Source: Promethearchaeota archaeon (GTDB lineage Archaea; Asgardarchaeota; Lokiarchaeia; Sigyniarchaeales; SOKP01). From it: DNA of 21,333 nucleotides. Positions 1 to 8,515 of this stretch are shown piece after piece. The stretch's first letter is position 1; each line of letters begins with the position of its first letter. The notes below the pieces were generated by a model. That model searched no databases. It was not told the origin of the DNA and was given only the letters and a program-made list of their open reading frames with translations. Location: positions 1-21,333 of the forward strand of contig SDNY01000059.1 in NCBI GenBank assembly GCA_004524535.1, in the 5' to 3' direction. The position numbers were made by a program, and so were the translations under genes.

Positions 1-93
1 GTTCGAGTGGTTCCAAATAAATTCTGGAAAATCATTATTCCTGTATATGCTATAGGAATTGGGGTATATATCATTTATTCCATATGTATGTAA
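1..93 (+). CDS. 3' end of a membrane protein (partial), possibly another TauE/SafE permease
   Basis: Frame 1 is open from the window edge: VRVVPNKFWKIIIPVYAIGIGVYIIYSICM*, TAA at 91-93. A basic/Pro turn followed by a terminal TM helix, like the end of the next gene. Confidence 0.55.
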   Translation, partial: VRVVPNKFWKIIIPVYAIGIGVYIIYSICM

Positions 94-155
94 AAATTTG
101 TTTGAAAATAATCATAAGAAAAGAGTGGTAAATTATAGATCTCACTATAATAATT

Positions 156-899
156 TTGATTTTAATTTTAGCATTCGGATGTGAACTTATTGATTCTTCT
201 CAGGGAATGGGTTATGGAACTTTAATGTGTCCAGTATTATTTCTCTTAGGATTTGATATTTTTATAATAATTCCGTCGATTTTATTTGCAGAAATGTTAA
301 CCGGATTTTCTTCAGCACTCTTTCATCATGAAATGGATAATTGTAAATTAGGAATAAAAGAAAGAAATCTTCGAATTGTACTTTTTGTATCAGTTTTATG
401 TATAATTGCAATGATTATATCTATCATTATAGTCCTGCAGATTCCTCAGATTTTTATTGAAATTTACACTGGAATTATGGTAATAATCCTTGGTCTAGTA
501 CTTTTATTTAGAAAAAAAGCCATTTTTTCTTGGAAAAAGTTAGAAATTATAAGTGTGATTGGTGCATTTAATAAAGCGATATCTGGTGGTGGTTTTGGTC
601 CAATTATAACTGCTGGTCAAATGCTATCAGGTAGAAATTATAAAGAATCGATTGGAACGACTAAAGCTGCAGAATTCTTTGTGTCATTAGCAGGATTTTT
701 TACTTTTTATATATTCTATGGAATTTCGGATTATACACTCCTTAAATTATTAGTTATTAGCGGTACATTTGCTACTCCATTTGGTGCGTGGGGAACAAAA
801 TCTATTAAAAGTGAAAATAAGGCGAAAATCTTAATTTCGATTCTCGCAATCTCAATAGGCTTGATTCTTCTCGTCAAAATTATGATTTGTGGGATCTAA
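156..899 (+). CDS. Sulfite exporter TauE/SafE family permease
   Basis: Several hydrophobic TM segments; DSSxGMGYGT and NKAISGGGFGP repeat motifs typical of TauE/SafE. The true start may be slightly upstream (in-frame ATA at 135). Confidence 0.85.
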   Translation: MILILAFGCELIDSSQGMGYGTLMCPVLFLLGFDIFIIIPSILFAEMLTGFSSALFHHEMDNCKLGIKERNLRIVLFVSVLCIIAMIISIIIVLQIPQIFIEIYTGIMVIILGLVLLFRKKAIFSWKKLEIISVIGAFNKAISGGGFGPIITAGQMLSGRNYKESIGTTKAAEFFVSLAGFFTFYIFYGISDYTLLKLLVISGTFATPFGAWGTKSIKSENKAKILISILAISIGLILLVKIMICGI

Positions 900-903
900 T
901 TCT
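860..903 (+). repeat. 44-bp direct repeat, left copy
   Basis: cttgattcttctcgtcaaaattatgatttgtgggatctaattct, identical to 2817-2860; contains the tauE stop codon. Confidence 0.97.
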
Positions 904-1459
904 AAGCGAAGAAAAGAAAGATATTTTACAAGATTTAAGAATTGAGGATAAAATCGAGAAACGGTATGAGAATCAAGCCTTAATTAAAGCGGCACGGCTG
1001 CTCGGCGTCGAAGAAATATTAGTCGATTTCACAATCTCGGGAAAACATGGAAATATCAAAAATAAGATCGCCAGAAATTACCACGCAAAAAATCGGTTCC
1101 TTATCATCGTCCTATTCGGAAAACATCCAGATACACAAATCGCCAAACTAAGGGAATCATATTGCGGGAGCAGCACAGACCCCGATGTGAGCAAGCAGTA
1201 CGAGCACATTGAAATCATGTCGGCAGCGGAATTCCGGGATTATATCGGCATAAATCTGTACAGCACGGATGCGGCAAAGCACTGGGCAGCGGAATATAAC
1301 CGGGTTCAGACATTATGCGGGCCTAATGGCGTGTACAGCACTGATGCCAAGACCAGAAAGGATGCTCGGGACGAATTAATCCGACGCTCGGCACAGTCCA
1401 GAAAGAGGCTAATGACCACGCAGACGACCTTGCTAAGATATCTCGGGAAGGCAGATTAG
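887..1459 (+). CDS. Hypothetical protein, probably the 5'-truncated C-terminal part of a larger foreign gene (weak nuclease/toxin-like alpha/beta pattern)
   Basis: 190-aa ORF whose TTG start lies inside the host-derived repeat with no clear RBS; its stop overlaps the stop of the convergent ORF at 1456-1459. Confidence 0.45.
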   Translation: MWDLILSEEKKDILQDLRIEDKIEKRYENQALIKAARLLGVEEILVDFTISGKHGNIKNKIARNYHAKNRFLIIVLFGKHPDTQIAKLRESYCGSSTDPDVSKQYEHIEIMSAAEFRDYIGINLYSTDAAKHWAAEYNRVQTLCGPNGVYSTDAKTRKDARDELIRRSAQSRKRLMTTQTTLLRYLGKAD

Positions 1460-2655
1460 GCGTACCGCTCCTTACAGGTTCTTTTATGGCGCCCAAGTCT
1501 GATGAATTCTTTCCCGCAGTACGGGCATTTGGACTTCTCATTCGGATCTCGCCATTTTTTCTCTTCCTCTTTTTTCTTCTTACGTATTTCATCAAAATAT
1601 TCATTTGAGAAACCAAATTGATCCAGAAGTAGGCATGTAATATAACGAGAATAAAAAGTATATCCTTCTTTTAGCATTGGTATCAACATTTCTTTAGCTA
1701 ACGATCTTGGGATTTGAATGTCAACGGATTCAACTTTATGCCTTAAAATATGTCTATACGCACCCCTCGAATCTTCGAACCAATTGTATTTAGATTTATG
1801 TAATTCATCTATTACATAGATCTTCCGTTCAGGGGTCTCTCTTATAATAAAAGGATAGCCGCCCGCATCAATGAATTTCTTATTCAGATATGGCTCAATC
1901 TTCTTCTCGTATTCGGGGTATTCGGCATACCAGTCGAGCCGTTCCATGTACGGTTCCCCGAAGCTCACGCCCATGTGCGTGCTCCCCTCATCGTGATGAT
2001 ATACGCCCCAGAAATCCGAAACGGGCACCTTCTTGAGCGCAAATTCCAGCGCATCGAGGAATAAGTTCTGCTCCTCGTGCGTGAACTCAAAGGGACTTGA
2101 ATTAATAACGTCCATGAGATCCTTAGGGAAATAGGTCTCATCCATATTATCTTTATCCCAATCAGAAGGTCCGGTAAATTCCTTGTTCACTTCCTTATAG
2201 AACTTTTGGATCGATTTCAATGAGCACCAGCCGCCGATGGACATTCCCGAAGCACCATAATACAGAGTCGCAGGGAACATTCTGCCCTCCGGTGTCTTTA
2301 CGAACATCCAGACATCGAAAAGTTGTTCATGACCGCCGAACTCCAGCGTCGGCACGAGCGTTTTGACCGACCCCACCAGAAGCATGTCATACACCTTATC
2401 ATACTCCAGATAATTGTCGAATTCCTCAATGGATTCAATCTTATCCAAATCCTTGGTCACCTTCTTCACGAAATCCCGCATCGAGCCTGCCCCGAACACT
2501 TTACTGCTTCCAATCGAAATAACATACGGGAGCCCGCAGTCATAGTTTCTAAACACGAATCCATAGCCGTTCGAGCCGACCGCGCCTTTCTCAAAGTTAT
2601 CTACCCCCTCTGCCGCTCTTGAGACCAACTCGACCAATTCCTTGACGCCCGACAT
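1456..2655 (-). CDS. Hypothetical protein with C-terminal C2HC zinc finger
   Basis: 399-aa ORF with ATG start and AT-rich upstream region; ends CPYCGKEFIRLGRHKRTC (C-x2-C-x9-H-x3-C). Confidence 0.75.
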   Translation of the reverse strand: MSGVKELVELVSRAAEGVDNFEKGAVGSNGYGFVFRNYDCGLPYVISIGSSKVFGAGSMRDFVKKVTKDLDKIESIEEFDNYLEYDKVYDMLLVGSVKTLVPTLEFGGHEQLFDVWMFVKTPEGRMFPATLYYGASGMSIGGWCSLKSIQKFYKEVNKEFTGPSDWDKDNMDETYFPKDLMDVINSSPFEFTHEEQNLFLDALEFALKKVPVSDFWGVYHHDEGSTHMGVSFGEPYMERLDWYAEYPEYEKKIEPYLNKKFIDAGGYPFIIRETPERKIYVIDELHKSKYNWFEDSRGAYRHILRHKVESVDIQIPRSLAKEMLIPMLKEGYTFYSRYITCLLLDQFGFSNEYFDEIRKKKKEEEKKWRDPNEKSKCPYCGKEFIRLGRHKRTCKERYA

Positions 2656-2816
2656 GTTTAAGTTTAAGAGTAGGTGAAATTTATGATTTATTCCTTTTCC
2701 TTACGTGTTATATAGAAATTCACAAATTTAAATATTTATATTTAGGCAAGAAAGGTAGACATTTAAAAAACCATTTGCTATAGTTATATAGGGGCGATCC
2801 CTGAATTAGGGAATAA

Positions 2817-2860
2817 CTTGATTCTTCTCGTCAAAATTATGATTTGTGGGATCTAATTCT
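2817..2860 (+). repeat. 44-bp direct repeat, right copy
   Basis: Identical to 860-903; contains the minus-strand stop (2853-2855) of the histidine kinase. Confidence 0.97.
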
Positions 2861-3911
2861 GATTTGCTTTTTGTAGTAAAATAATAAAATTACTCCCGTT
2901 TGAATAATCTCCTTTGATCCTATCTTCAATCCATATCTTCCCGTCAAAAATATCAATAATTTTTTTTACTAGCGACAATCCGAATCCATTTCTTCTATTT
3001 TTCCTTTCGTGTGAATAGTTTTGTTGAAAAATGACTACTTTTCTCTTATCTTCTATTCCTATTCCATTATCGATAAATTGCATCTTTACATAATTTTTCC
3101 CATCAACAAATACTTCTGAGATTTTAATTTTTATTTCGATTGGACTTCTCTTGTTATGTTTTATTGCGTTTAACAAAATATTGTCAAAAACATTTTCAAG
3201 AAGATCATTAGCCAAAACTAATAAATTATTTCCATCCTCTTCAATATTAATTATTACTTCTTTTCCTTGTATGGCTTTTTTAATTATCTCAATTGATTTA
3301 TTTAGTAACTTAGAAACTTCAATTCCTATAAGAGTAGGCTTTAAGTTCTCTAATTCTGAAAATGTATGAATATTTGAAATCAATACACCTCCTCTTAAAC
3401 AAAATTCATTTATAATATTTATATATTGATTTAAATTATCTAAATTTCTAACATTTTTTTTTTCTAAAGAGTAGAGTTCTGCAGATGATTTTATACATTG
3501 AAGAATATTGCTCATATCATGCAGGAATAAATCTTTATATAACGCTATTCTATTATATGCGCTTTTTAATTCATCTACCATTGATATTTGCTCACTTAAA
3601 AAGGCAATAACGACTCCAATAAGAATTAAAATGATTGCTCTTATTAAATTCTCAAATAAAAAAGAATAATTGCCTGCTAAAAAAGGTATAATTATCAGGA
3701 ATCCTGCTAAGAACAACGAAACCAAGATACCTTTATATTTCCACCAAATACAAGCTAAAATTAGAGGTAGATAAAAAAAATGTGAAAATATAATATTGAT
3801 TTTAAGGATTATATTGAAATAATATGTTAAAAAACATGAAATACATAATAAAAAAACAATTATTGTAATCTTTTTTATTACTTCTCCATTCTTGATCTTC
3901 AATACAATCAT
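2853..3911 (-). CDS. Membrane-bound sensor histidine kinase (N-terminal ~4 TM, HisKA, HATPase_c)
   Basis: H-box LFLHDMSNILQ, N-box VFDNILLNAIKH, G1 FIDNGIGI, G2 GFGLSLV. Confidence 0.92.
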   Translation of the reverse strand: MIVLKIKNGEVIKKITIIVFLLCISCFLTYYFNIILKINIIFSHFFYLPLILACIWWKYKGILVSLFLAGFLIIIPFLAGNYSFLFENLIRAIILILIGVVIAFLSEQISMVDELKSAYNRIALYKDLFLHDMSNILQCIKSSAELYSLEKKNVRNLDNLNQYINIINEFCLRGGVLISNIHTFSELENLKPTLIGIEVSKLLNKSIEIIKKAIQGKEVIINIEEDGNNLLVLANDLLENVFDNILLNAIKHNKRSPIEIKIKISEVFVDGKNYVKMQFIDNGIGIEDKRKVVIFQQNYSHERKNRRNGFGLSLVKKIIDIFDGKIWIEDRIKGDYSNGSNFIILLQKANQN

Positions 3912-4125
3912 ATTTGTATTATTGATAAAAGAAAGTATACTTTAGTGCTTAAATAGAAGGCATCCAAATTAATTTATTTGTCTATTATGTGTAATATAGA
4001 ATTATATTAATTTAAACTTTGAATCTCTTACTAAATATGATCATCCTAATTATCATAAAGAATAATAATAGTAGAAATAATGTCGAAAAAGAAAAAAAAG
4101 AAAAAATAAATACAATATTAATGCT

Positions 4126-5574
4126 TTATGGGATGGAATCAATGAATTCATTATAGAGTACGTGCATAAAATTATTCTGCAAAAAAAGATCCTCAAGTTC
4201 CTTTAATTCATCTGATTTGATCTTATTAATCATTTCCTTAAATTGAATTTTAAATTTCTTCATCTCATCTTTGAAAACTTGGTAAGGACTATATGGTCGA
4301 AAGCCCCCATTAACTTCAGCAATCCAATTACGCTGTTTTAGTTTATTGAGTATACTGCGAACTTTTACTTCATTTATATTCATTACCCTACCCAAAATAG
4401 ATAAATCAGTATATCCTAAGGATATTAATACTGAATATGTTTTTAATTCGATTTCCGATATATTAAAAAATCGCATAGCTGATATAACTTTATTATCCAT
4501 TCTCATTACATTTGACTTTTTCTTTAATGACGCTTGTTCTATTTTTGTAATATCAATCTTATTGGAAAACTCAATTTTTTTTGAAGTAACAACGTCATCA
4601 AACAACTTTTTACCAGCATCACTACGGATAATTACACTATTCCACTTTTCTGAAGGAGCACCAACACTTCCAACTGAAATATCAGCAAATTCCGCCGTAT
4701 AATCCTTGCAATATTGACAGCTAGGCCACTGATACGATTTTACGTCTTTTAAAGGAATTTCTCTTATTTTCCCATTTCTTAATAAAACGATAAGTTTTCC
4801 CTGAATAATGTCAAATTTTTGTATCTCACCTAATTTCAAACCTAGATTATTCTTGAGATATTTCTTAATTAAATCATAGCTATAATTGGATGTACAGAAA
4901 AGACCTAGAATCATTTTAAATTTTCCTAATTTGTTTGAAAGTGGGGGATCTATTTGGAGTTTTCTTACTGCTTGAATTTGACAAGGCATTCCAACAAATG
5001 CAAGCCTCTCAAGTTTATATTTATGAATCGCATCACCATAAGGAAGTAATGTAGGTGCTATTGTATACTTTGAACCCGATGAAGCTATTATTTGTTCTGC
5101 CGTTCTCGCAACGACCGGGATGGGACGCCAATCTTCATCTTTATCAATTAATAAGACACCATCAACATATCCTGTATTTAAAGCATGTATAAGTAATGTA
5201 GTAATGATACCCCCATTTTGCGCCTTTTTAAGAATCAATTCATCGGAGCTTCTTGCTACAATAGCTCTTTGATAACAGCCTAAGATAAAATCTTTCTTTT
5301 GGTTACTAAATACTTTTTTTTCAAATAATTCTTCGGGAAAGAATGTTCTTGCGCAATATTTTGAACATAAGGAGCAATCCGTATCCCTTTCTAAAAGAGC
5401 AGGCTTATTTTTTAAGATACCAATTCGAGGACATAGTGCGATGCATGTTCCGCAAAAAACACAATTATCATTATTTATCACCAAATCGCATAGTTCTTGA
5501 AATCCAAAACCACCCTCATAATCTTCTAAATAATTAATTATTTTATTTTTTATAGTCATTTTTTCATACCTCAT
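4126..5574 (-). CDS. Ferredoxin + FrhB/FdhB-family (F420-binding) protein with C-terminal TrmB-like winged HTH
   Basis: CVFCGTCIALCP and CSLCSKYC; FrhB motifs AQNGGIITTLL, SGSKYT, VGMPCQ, LGLFC, CQYCKDYTAEFADISVGSVG; C-terminal FNISEIELKTYSVL...VRSILNKLKQRNWI resembles a TrmB HTH. Alternative start at ATG 5559. Confidence 0.85.
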   Translation of the reverse strand: MRYEKMTIKNKIINYLEDYEGGFGFQELCDLVINNDNCVFCGTCIALCPRIGILKNKPALLERDTDCSLCSKYCARTFFPEELFEKKVFSNQKKDFILGCYQRAIVARSSDELILKKAQNGGIITTLLIHALNTGYVDGVLLIDKDEDWRPIPVVARTAEQIIASSGSKYTIAPTLLPYGDAIHKYKLERLAFVGMPCQIQAVRKLQIDPPLSNKLGKFKMILGLFCTSNYSYDLIKKYLKNNLGLKLGEIQKFDIIQGKLIVLLRNGKIREIPLKDVKSYQWPSCQYCKDYTAEFADISVGSVGAPSEKWNSVIIRSDAGKKLFDDVVTSKKIEFSNKIDITKIEQASLKKKSNVMRMDNKVISAMRFFNISEIELKTYSVLISLGYTDLSILGRVMNINEVKVRSILNKLKQRNWIAEVNGGFRPYSPYQVFKDEMKKFKIQFKEMINKIKSDELKELEDLFLQNNFMHVLYNEFIDSIP

Positions 5575-5794
5575 TCACATTTTTAGCTTATTAATAGATT
5601 TAATTTAGTTTTACAAAATTATATGTCATATTACATACAAGGCTTGATCAATTACGGGGATCATATGATCGACCACAAGATATAAATGATCGGTTTCCTA
5701 TATATATAGTGACCATTTCAATATATAAATTTTTGATTTTGAGAAAAATAAAAAAAACTCAAATAATTAAAAAAAAAAGGGTGTAAGAAAAAAA
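5575..5794. promoter_or_regulatory. Divergent promoter region between two FrhB-HTH genes
   Basis: Palindromic TATA-like ctatatatatag (5698-5709); TGATC at 5645, 5666 and 5687; degenerate operator TTTACAA-N6-ATGTCAT at 5610-5629. Confidence 0.6.
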
Positions 5795-7243
5795 ATGATT
5801 GAATTAAGTGATTTTCATGATTTTAGAGGTATAATTCCAAAAAAAATAGATGTATCAATTCAACAAGCTCTAAATGATTTTCAATTTAGATCTCTCACTA
5901 AGGCAAAAGAAACTATCTTAAAAAATGGAAAATATGATGAGAATTCACTTAAATTTATCATAGATTCTATACTTAAGGAAGCTGTAATTCGAAAATATAT
6001 TTTGCAAGAATTAAAAGGGAAAAAACCGATTACATTAAAAAAAGCCACAGAAATTTTAGGAATTCCCTCTAATAGAGTTATTTATGAAATCTTAAATCTA
6101 AAGGATAAGGGTTTTATCGAAGAAGTAGATGAAAAAAGGGTTCAAGGAGGAACTGCTAAGCTATACAAAGTTATAGATGATACAGAAAAAATCTGGGAAA
6201 ATTATTTTAAACCTGTTGAAATATTTGCTAACCAAGGTTCTTGTAACAGATGTGGATTATGTTCCTCAATTTGTCCTGTAGATGCAATAAAATTTACAGA
6301 GGATTATTTATATATAGATGAGAGCAAATGCATTACATGCGGCCTCTGTTATAGTTTTTGTCCAAATTCTTTTAGATTGGATCCATTGTATAATAGTTCC
6401 AAAAAATCTGATCGTTATTTAAAACACTCAAAGAATTTCGGGTATTATTATAAAATATCTTCAGGTAAAACTCAAATAAGTGAATTAATGGATAAAGGAC
6501 AAGATGGAGGCGTTGTTACTTCATTACTTTATTATTTACTAGATAAAAAGTTAGTAGATGCAGTAGTTACTGTAAAACATTCAAGAAATTATTGGAAACC
6601 CAAGATATCTATTGTAAAAAATAAAAATTATTTAACTAATGCTTCAGGCACTATATATGCTCATGTACCTATTTTATCCATTCTAAATAAAGTGAAACAA
6701 TTTAATAAAGTAGCAATTGTTGCTCTCCCTTGCCAGATTAGAGCTATAACAAGAGGAATAGAATCGCCGATAAAACTACCGATTTTTAGTAATATAAAGT
6801 ATAAAATTGGGTTGTTCTGTATGAAATCGTTTACTTATGAGAGGATCCTAACTCTTATACAAGAAAAATTTAATATCACTTTAGATGAAATAACAAAAAT
6901 GGATATAAAAAAAGGCAGATTTATCCTCCATCTTATAAATGGAAACACTATTTCTACATCTTTAAAAAATTGCAGCGAATACACTTCAAATTATTGTCAA
7001 CAATGTTATGATGCAACATCAGAATTAGCAGATATTTCAGTAGGGGCGATTGGGTCGAAAGTAGGCTGGTCCACAGTGATAATGAGAACCAAGAAGGGAC
7101 AAGATCTTTTTATTGGCGCTGTTAAAGATAGATTAATCAAGACAAATAACCTTATGGACATAACTAATTGTCAATCTTTAGTAGATAAAATCGCAATGAA
7201 AAAAAAAGAAAATTATATACAAATCGAATTGGGGATAAAATAG
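5795..7243 (+). CDS. N-terminal helical/winged-HTH + 2x[4Fe-4S] ferredoxin + FrhB/FdhB-family protein
   Basis: KYILQELKGKKPITLKKATEILGIPSNRVIYEILNLKDKGFI (wHTH); CNRCGLCSSICP, CITCGLCYSFCP; GQDGGVVTSLL, LPCQ, IGLFC, ELADISVGAIGS..GWSTVIMR. Confidence 0.85.
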   Translation: MIELSDFHDFRGIIPKKIDVSIQQALNDFQFRSLTKAKETILKNGKYDENSLKFIIDSILKEAVIRKYILQELKGKKPITLKKATEILGIPSNRVIYEILNLKDKGFIEEVDEKRVQGGTAKLYKVIDDTEKIWENYFKPVEIFANQGSCNRCGLCSSICPVDAIKFTEDYLYIDESKCITCGLCYSFCPNSFRLDPLYNSSKKSDRYLKHSKNFGYYYKISSGKTQISELMDKGQDGGVVTSLLYYLLDKKLVDAVVTVKHSRNYWKPKISIVKNKNYLTNASGTIYAHVPILSILNKVKQFNKVAIVALPCQIRAITRGIESPIKLPIFSNIKYKIGLFCMKSFTYERILTLIQEKFNITLDEITKMDIKKGRFILHLINGNTISTSLKNCSEYTSNYCQQCYDATSELADISVGAIGSKVGWSTVIMRTKKGQDLFIGAVKDRLIKTNNLMDITNCQSLVDKIAMKKKENYIQIELGIK

Positions 7244-7248
7244 TAAAG

Positions 7249-7503
7249 GTGGATAAACTGGTGAAATATAAAAGGAAAAATATAAATCTTAAATACCAAA
7301 ACAAGGATAATTTAAATAAAAATAAGCAAAATATTCCCATTTCTGAACCCTATCCACCTACTAATGTATATAAAAGATTAAACGACATAAAGAATAAGTT
7401 AATGAACTCAGAACATGGACCAGTATATTATCCTAATTTTTTTATTAGAATTAATAATTTGGATGCAAAAATTAAACATAAAAGGAAAATTGAAGGCGAT
7501 TAA
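7249..7503 (+). CDS. Small basic hypothetical protein
   Basis: 84-aa K/N-rich ORF with GTG start 5 nt after the upstream stop; no recognisable domain. Confidence 0.35.
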   Translation: MDKLVKYKRKNINLKYQNKDNLNKNKQNIPISEPYPPTNVYKRLNDIKNKLMNSEHGPVYYPNFFIRINNLDAKIKHKRKIEGD

Positions 7504-7649
7504 GAAAATATAGTGTAATGAAAAATTTTAATAGAACATAAAAAAAGATTAGAGAATATTGATTTTAACAAAAATCGAAGGTTAAATATAAAGAAAAACT
7601 AGATAATCTAAATCAATGTAAGTATCTTTTCTCAATAACTAAAATCTTA

Positions 7650-7665
7650 TTTTTTTTTTTTTTTT
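7650..7665 (+). terminator. T16 tract, probable archaeal oligo-T terminator
   Basis: 16 consecutive T downstream of the 5795-7503 unit. Confidence 0.45.
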
Positions 7666-7711
7666 CTCGAATTTGCAGAATAATTTCTCAAATAATTCGT
7701 AAAAAAATTTT

Positions 7712-7804
7712 TTGACAAGAAAACTAATCTTATTTTTTATTTTGACATTAATGAATTTTTTTGTCTTTTGATTTGCAAATTTTTTTGTCAAATCTTTTTT
7801 ATAA
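7712..7804 (+). promoter_or_regulatory. Operator-like sites and TATA box upstream of the LELKP/mtd/nfn genes
   Basis: TTGACAA (7712), TTGACAT (7742) and TTTGCAA-N6-TTGTCAA (7772-7791) at 30-bp spacing, followed by TTTTATAA at 7797-7804. Confidence 0.55.
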
Positions 7805-7876
7805 CTATTTGGAGATTTATCAAATGTAGAAATAAATGATAAATTAGTTAGAAATAAAAACCAAGGTTAGATTTAT

Positions 7877-8509
7877 TTGGAGATTCTTGAATTAAAACCT
7901 CTAAGAAATAAAAAAGTAAAATTATATTTAATAAGAAGTGAGGATAAGGATTTTACTAATGAAGATTATAGAAATCTCCGGGAAATATTAGAAAATGAAT
8001 TGTTTAGGTTTGCTGTTATTGATTTAAACAGAAAGAACTTAAAAGAAATTTATGAGGAACCACTTTTTAGATTTTTGGAAAAATTTAAAATACCTTATTA
8101 TAGTGTTGATATCCCTGAAAACGTTAAAGACTATTTATATGTTGAAATTCTTGAAAAAGAGGTTCAAATTAATGATTTAGAAAAAGAATATTCTCTCTTA
8201 TGTGTTGATCCAGAAAATCAAAATTCGTTTAAAGCTCAGAATTTAAAATCCTGGATTGAATTATTGAAAAAAGAAGTAGAAAATAAGAAAAAATATTTAA
8301 AATTAACCGTTAAACCTCAGTGGATTGTTAAACAAGTTCTGGATATTGCTAATAGGATTAATAATAACGAATTTTCAATTATGCATTTCACTTATGGAGA
8401 GCTTTATTCAGAATTAAAGAAATTATTTAAGGAGTATAATATCAAGGTCATTAAAATTGACATTGAAAAAAAAAACATTAAAAATATATTAATAGAAAAT
8501 AGGAGGTAA
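7877..8509 (+). CDS. Uncharacterised 'LELKP' family protein (degenerate TraB/GumN-like alpha/beta domain with coiled-coil insert)
   Basis: TTG start; MEILELKPLRNKK and VDIPENVKDYLY motifs shared with the proteins at 8516, 20755 and 21047. Confidence 0.75.
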   Translation: MEILELKPLRNKKVKLYLIRSEDKDFTNEDYRNLREILENELFRFAVIDLNRKNLKEIYEEPLFRFLEKFKIPYYSVDIPENVKDYLYVEILEKEVQINDLEKEYSLLCVDPENQNSFKAQNLKSWIELLKKEVENKKKYLKLTVKPQWIVKQVLDIANRINNNEFSIMHFTYGELYSELKKLFKEYNIKVIKIDIEKKNIKNILIENRR

Positions 8510-8515
8510 AATAAA

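Larger units (their letters stand above)
860..2860. mobile_element. GC-rich ~1.9 kb insertion (904-2816) bounded by a 44-bp target duplication or att-like repeat; no integrase or transposase seen
   Basis: Perfect flanking direct repeats. Hand-counted GC is 34/60 at 1261-1320 and 36/60 at 1921-1980, versus 13/60 at 361-420 and 12/60 at 3361-3420. Removing the insert plus one repeat leaves both flanking genes intact. Confidence 0.75.

Noticed and set aside
2707-2791. GTTATATAG repeated at 2707 and 2783 as a dif/Xer-like site
   Set aside because: No 11-6-11 inverted arrangement; more simply TATA-like promoter elements or chance.
860-2860. CRISPR array or classical IS element
   Set aside because: Only two repeat copies 1.9 kb apart, the repeat is host coding sequence, and no cas gene, transposase or terminal inverted repeats are seen.
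1323-5537. ORFs 1323-1616, 2323-2622, 3151-3369, 4346-4702 and 5343-5537
   Set aside because: They overlap longer, better-supported genes in antisense or another frame and show no motifs.
4126-7243. Calling the FrhB proteins subunits of an F420-reducing hydrogenase (Frh)
   Set aside because: No adjacent frhA/frhG; the hydrogenase in the window is linked to HdrA-MvhD, and FrhB-family domains serve many enzymes.
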